A program made the position numbers and the translations under genes. From Sarea resinae (taxonomy: Eukaryota), in contig JAPEUD010000005.1 of the NCBI GenBank assembly GCA_026026165.1, positions 310,001-374,000 on the forward strand: a stretch of DNA of 64,000 nt, in the 5' to 3' direction. The notes under the pieces were generated by a model, which worked only from the letters and a program-made list of their open reading frames with translations, ran no database searches and was not told where the DNA came from. Numbering within the stretch: position 1 is the first letter of the stretch; each line of letters opens with the position of its first letter. Below are positions 60,598 through 64,000 of this stretch, in pieces.

Positions 60598-61682
60598 ACA
60601 GGCCGCCAGCAACACCAATATACGCCCCGCAGATCTAAACCACGATCGGCTACATCTATCGCCGTTCGATGGACAATTGTGATACCCGGAGCTGTTCATC
60701 CTCTCATAGAACGAGCAAGACTCGGAAAATCCTTTGCAAAGATACAAAGAGCACCACAAGCTATGCATGTGTGCATGAGCGCCATCTAGCTAGCTCCATC
60801 GCGGAACCTCCCACGGGAATGATCGGGCCAGACTCGCCCACGACGATGAAGTCTGATGCCAGGGTCGAAGCAGCCTAGAAGGCGCATATGGATAGAAGGC
60901 AGTTGCAACAGTGGTAAGAGATTCATATAATCTGATAGGATCTGTTATAGATTGAGGCATCCACGGCGGCCTTGACATCTAAGTAGGAACCGATTCAATT
61001 ACTATTGCTTCTTCTACATCACGGACGTCGTGTCAGATCTTCGCCACACAGCTTGTAGACCAGTGCAGATGGCATCCATGCCATTTGTTGATGTGACCAA
61101 ACAAGTAAAAAAAGTCAGCTTGCAATCTTGGAACAGGAAGTCACTCTACATACATGAATTGCGGCAAAGCTACAGGCCCAGGGAGACGTAATCAGTTCGT
61201 GGCCAAGGTAATCTCGACAACGGGTACGTATCGGACGGGCCATCTGCGACACCAACAGAGACAGACAGTGGAGACAGATAGAAGACACTCCCTCTCTCCC
61301 TCACTCTCTCACTCCCTCACTTTCACTCCAAGCCTGTAGCTTCCAGGTTCTTCGACTCTTTCGATCACCATCACGACCTCCCGCTTGCTTCTTTCTTTCA
61401 CCTTTGCGCCTCCTCGTTCCTTTCGTCGACGATCCTCTGGGTCCTGGTGACCTTTCCAATACAGCGTCGCCAAACAACTACGATTGCACATGATTGCCGT
61501 TCCCACCTCATCAACTTTCAGCGGCAACCTTCAACCTTTTCCCACTTGCCGGCCACTTTCAACACCGTCACTCTTTTACTCGCACCTCGATTAGGCACTT
61601 ACAATTCACCGCTTCAGCAAGGGGGGCCAATTGCCTCTCCAGCATCTCTCTTTCGCGTTTCTCCCTATCGCTTCTTATCATC

Positions 61683-63038
61683 ATGCCTCCAAACTTTAAT
61701 TCCACCCCAAGCGCAGAGACGCCGCAATGGAATAGCAAGCCGATGTTGCACCTGCCGCTATGGGTAGAGCCAGTAGTGAGTCGCTCCTGCATAGTAGTCG
61801 GTATGAAAATTGTTCTCTAATTGTCTGCAGGTAGTCGTAAGCATCCTCTTCGGGGCCATGTTTCTGACCCGGCGGCGAGACTTCCATATCCTGGGCGGAT
61901 CAAAATCTGGCTTCCGAAAATCAGTCCTTGATGACCCCGCCGACCCATCCTCGGAAGATATTCTTCTCTACGACTCGGACAACGAAGATGATGCGCAGGA
62001 TCCTATCGCAGCATCCAGGCACCTCCCGAAGAGACGCTCGTGCTGTTGTTTTACGATCCAGACGCCGAACACGTCGCGCTTTGCAAACAACGTCCACAGC
62101 CGCGTCTTACAGAAATTCCCCTTTTTGATCGAAATGTTCTACTGGGTTATCAACTATCTCTTCTATCGTATGACCATGGTCTTGTCGCAGAAGATCTTCT
62201 CCGCTCGCATTTGGGACGTGGCCATCGAGCACGGCGTCGCGGTTCTCCGCTTCGAGCATGAAAGCTGGCTCAGCTTTCTCTTCGCCCTGAAGGAGGTTGA
62301 CGTCCAGCAGTGGTTCATGCACGGCCATCAAGACGGTCTTACCATGTTAAACCGAGCATACGCCCTCATCCATATACCAGGGACGGTCGGGTGAGTCCTC
62401 TATCTTCAACCCTCAAAAGAAGATCAAATCGCTAACGCTTCCCCTCTCTCCCCAGCTTCATAGCATGGTACTACTACATCGCGCCATCCCACCCCACCTT
62501 CGCGACGGTCCGGCGCACCATGACGCTAACCAACTTCCTGGCCTTTGCAACCTTCGTCTTCTACCCGTGCATGCCGCCGCGGCTGCTGCCGCCGGAGTAC
62601 GGCTTTGTCGACTCGGTGCGCCATGCCAACGCGCAATCGATCTGGATGTCAGGCAAGTACGTCAACTCGCTCGCGGCGATGCCGTCGATGCACTTTGGCT
62701 ACGCCTTCTGCATCGGCAGCACGATGCTATACCATTCGGGCATCTTCCGGCGCACGCTCGAGCGCGGCGAGACGCGCAAGTCCTGGCCATGGAAAATCGC
62801 TTATCTGACACTCGGCCTCGGTTATCCGCTGCTGGTGCTCACGGCCATTGTCGCCACTGCCAACCATTACTGGATGGATCCCCTCATGGCCACCATCTTG
62901 GCCTGCGTGGCTTATTACTTCAATCGCGTCTGGGTTATGCTACTGCCGTTGGAAGACATGCTCTTCTGGGCCCTGCGGATGGAGAAGCCCATCCCGTCGA
63001 CGGGCGAGAGGTTCCGCGAGAGGGGCGGCAGTCTGTGA
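61683..63038 (+). CDS. PAP2-superfamily (AUR1/IPC-synthase-like) integral membrane protein
   Basis: Exons 61683-61775, 61831-62390, 62456-63038. YPCMPPRLLP, LAAMPSMHFGYA and ATANHYWMD catalytic-type motifs; several TMs. Confidence 0.88.
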
Positions 63039-63665
63039 GCGTTTTGTATTCGGATGTGTTGGACGGGATGGGCGCGAGGTTCCCAGGGGGCAATCCCGGA
63101 GCCCGAGGCTCGATCTAAATACGCACGGGTTCAATCGAATAGAATACCATTATTGTCATGGATGTGAGGCAAACGAAGGCGCGCATTACTCGCTCATCGG
63201 CACGCATGCGCGGATATATCGCATGCAGCAGCAGCTGAAGTTATCAGCTTTTCTCCCTGCCGGCGATCTTCTCATTTTTTCTTCTCTCCTTTTTTATACC
63301 TCGTTCTTTTGCATCTTGGATCGGCACACCCAACCCTACTCTCGGTCCACAAAAAACGTCATCATCTTCACCATCATCAAGAATACTATCATCATTATCA
63401 TTCCCGTGGCCAGCACCATGGTTACCTCCCCCCAAATAAGGGAGGGGGGTTATCGACATTAATGCATCCACAATCTAAAATCGGCGTGCAAGCCGGCGGC
63501 GTGTGGTGCGTGTGTATATCACCGTACAGTACAGCAAGGGCACGGACTAGAAAGGTGGGAATGAAGGGAAAAGAGAGGGGAAGAGAGAGGAAGAGCGGGA
63601 TGAAGAATTAAAGGAAGGGCAATGTGGTAGGGGTAGGGGTAAGACGGGGGGGAGGAGAGTTATGT

Positions 63666-63668
<3 letters not shown>

Positions 63669-63718
<50 letters not shown>
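63669..63718. repeat. (CT)n microsatellite, ~25 units
   Basis: Direct read. Confidence 0.95.
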
Positions 63719-63720
<2 letters not shown>

Positions 63721-64000
63721 GACGATAAGAATAAAATAAAAATAAAACAAGACGCCGGCATGTCTCATTGTCTACGTGCAATATACAAACATACCTTAGC
63801 TACCTACCTACCTATTGTAGATAACTTGTGTACCTTATTGAGGCAAAGATTTACTAGCACGCTCCTCATCTCGTAATCTTATACTTCATAGAGGGTTAAT
63901 CACTGCGAAAGACAGTCAGTCAGACAGCTCGATAGACAGATAGAAAGACGAGCGGCCACGGTAGACATAGAGAGCCAAGAGTGCTTAATAGACCTTACGG

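Overview
Eukaryotic DNA from a filamentous ascomycete (Pezizomycotina-type genes, short GT-AG introns with CTRAY branch sites). The window has two compartments. (1) About 1-14.9 kb is an accessory, decayed zone with no intact conserved gene. By eye it holds a stop- and frameshift-riddled relic resembling a DUF3435 tyrosine-recombinase 'captain' (Starship giant transposon; minus strand, ~8.5-11.0 kb). Downstream of it lie degenerate hAT and pogo/Fot1 transposase relics and a 3-unit ~175-bp repeat. (2) About 15-64 kb is a gene-dense core region: arrestin-like, TAF7, TAF3-like, MNN10, CYP52, S53 tripeptidyl-peptidase, palC, NDUFB10, mL54/MRPL37, NSR1, ALG6, COX17, MET1, a PAP2/AUR1-like gene and several hypothetical proteins. 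Best leads: the putative derelict Starship; a tail-anchored protein with an N-terminal DSWVEI Atg8-interacting-like motif (candidate selective-autophagy receptor); and a long, hairpin-rich 5'UTR intron of NSR1 that may host a structured RNA. All family calls are from motif recognition by eye; no searches were run.
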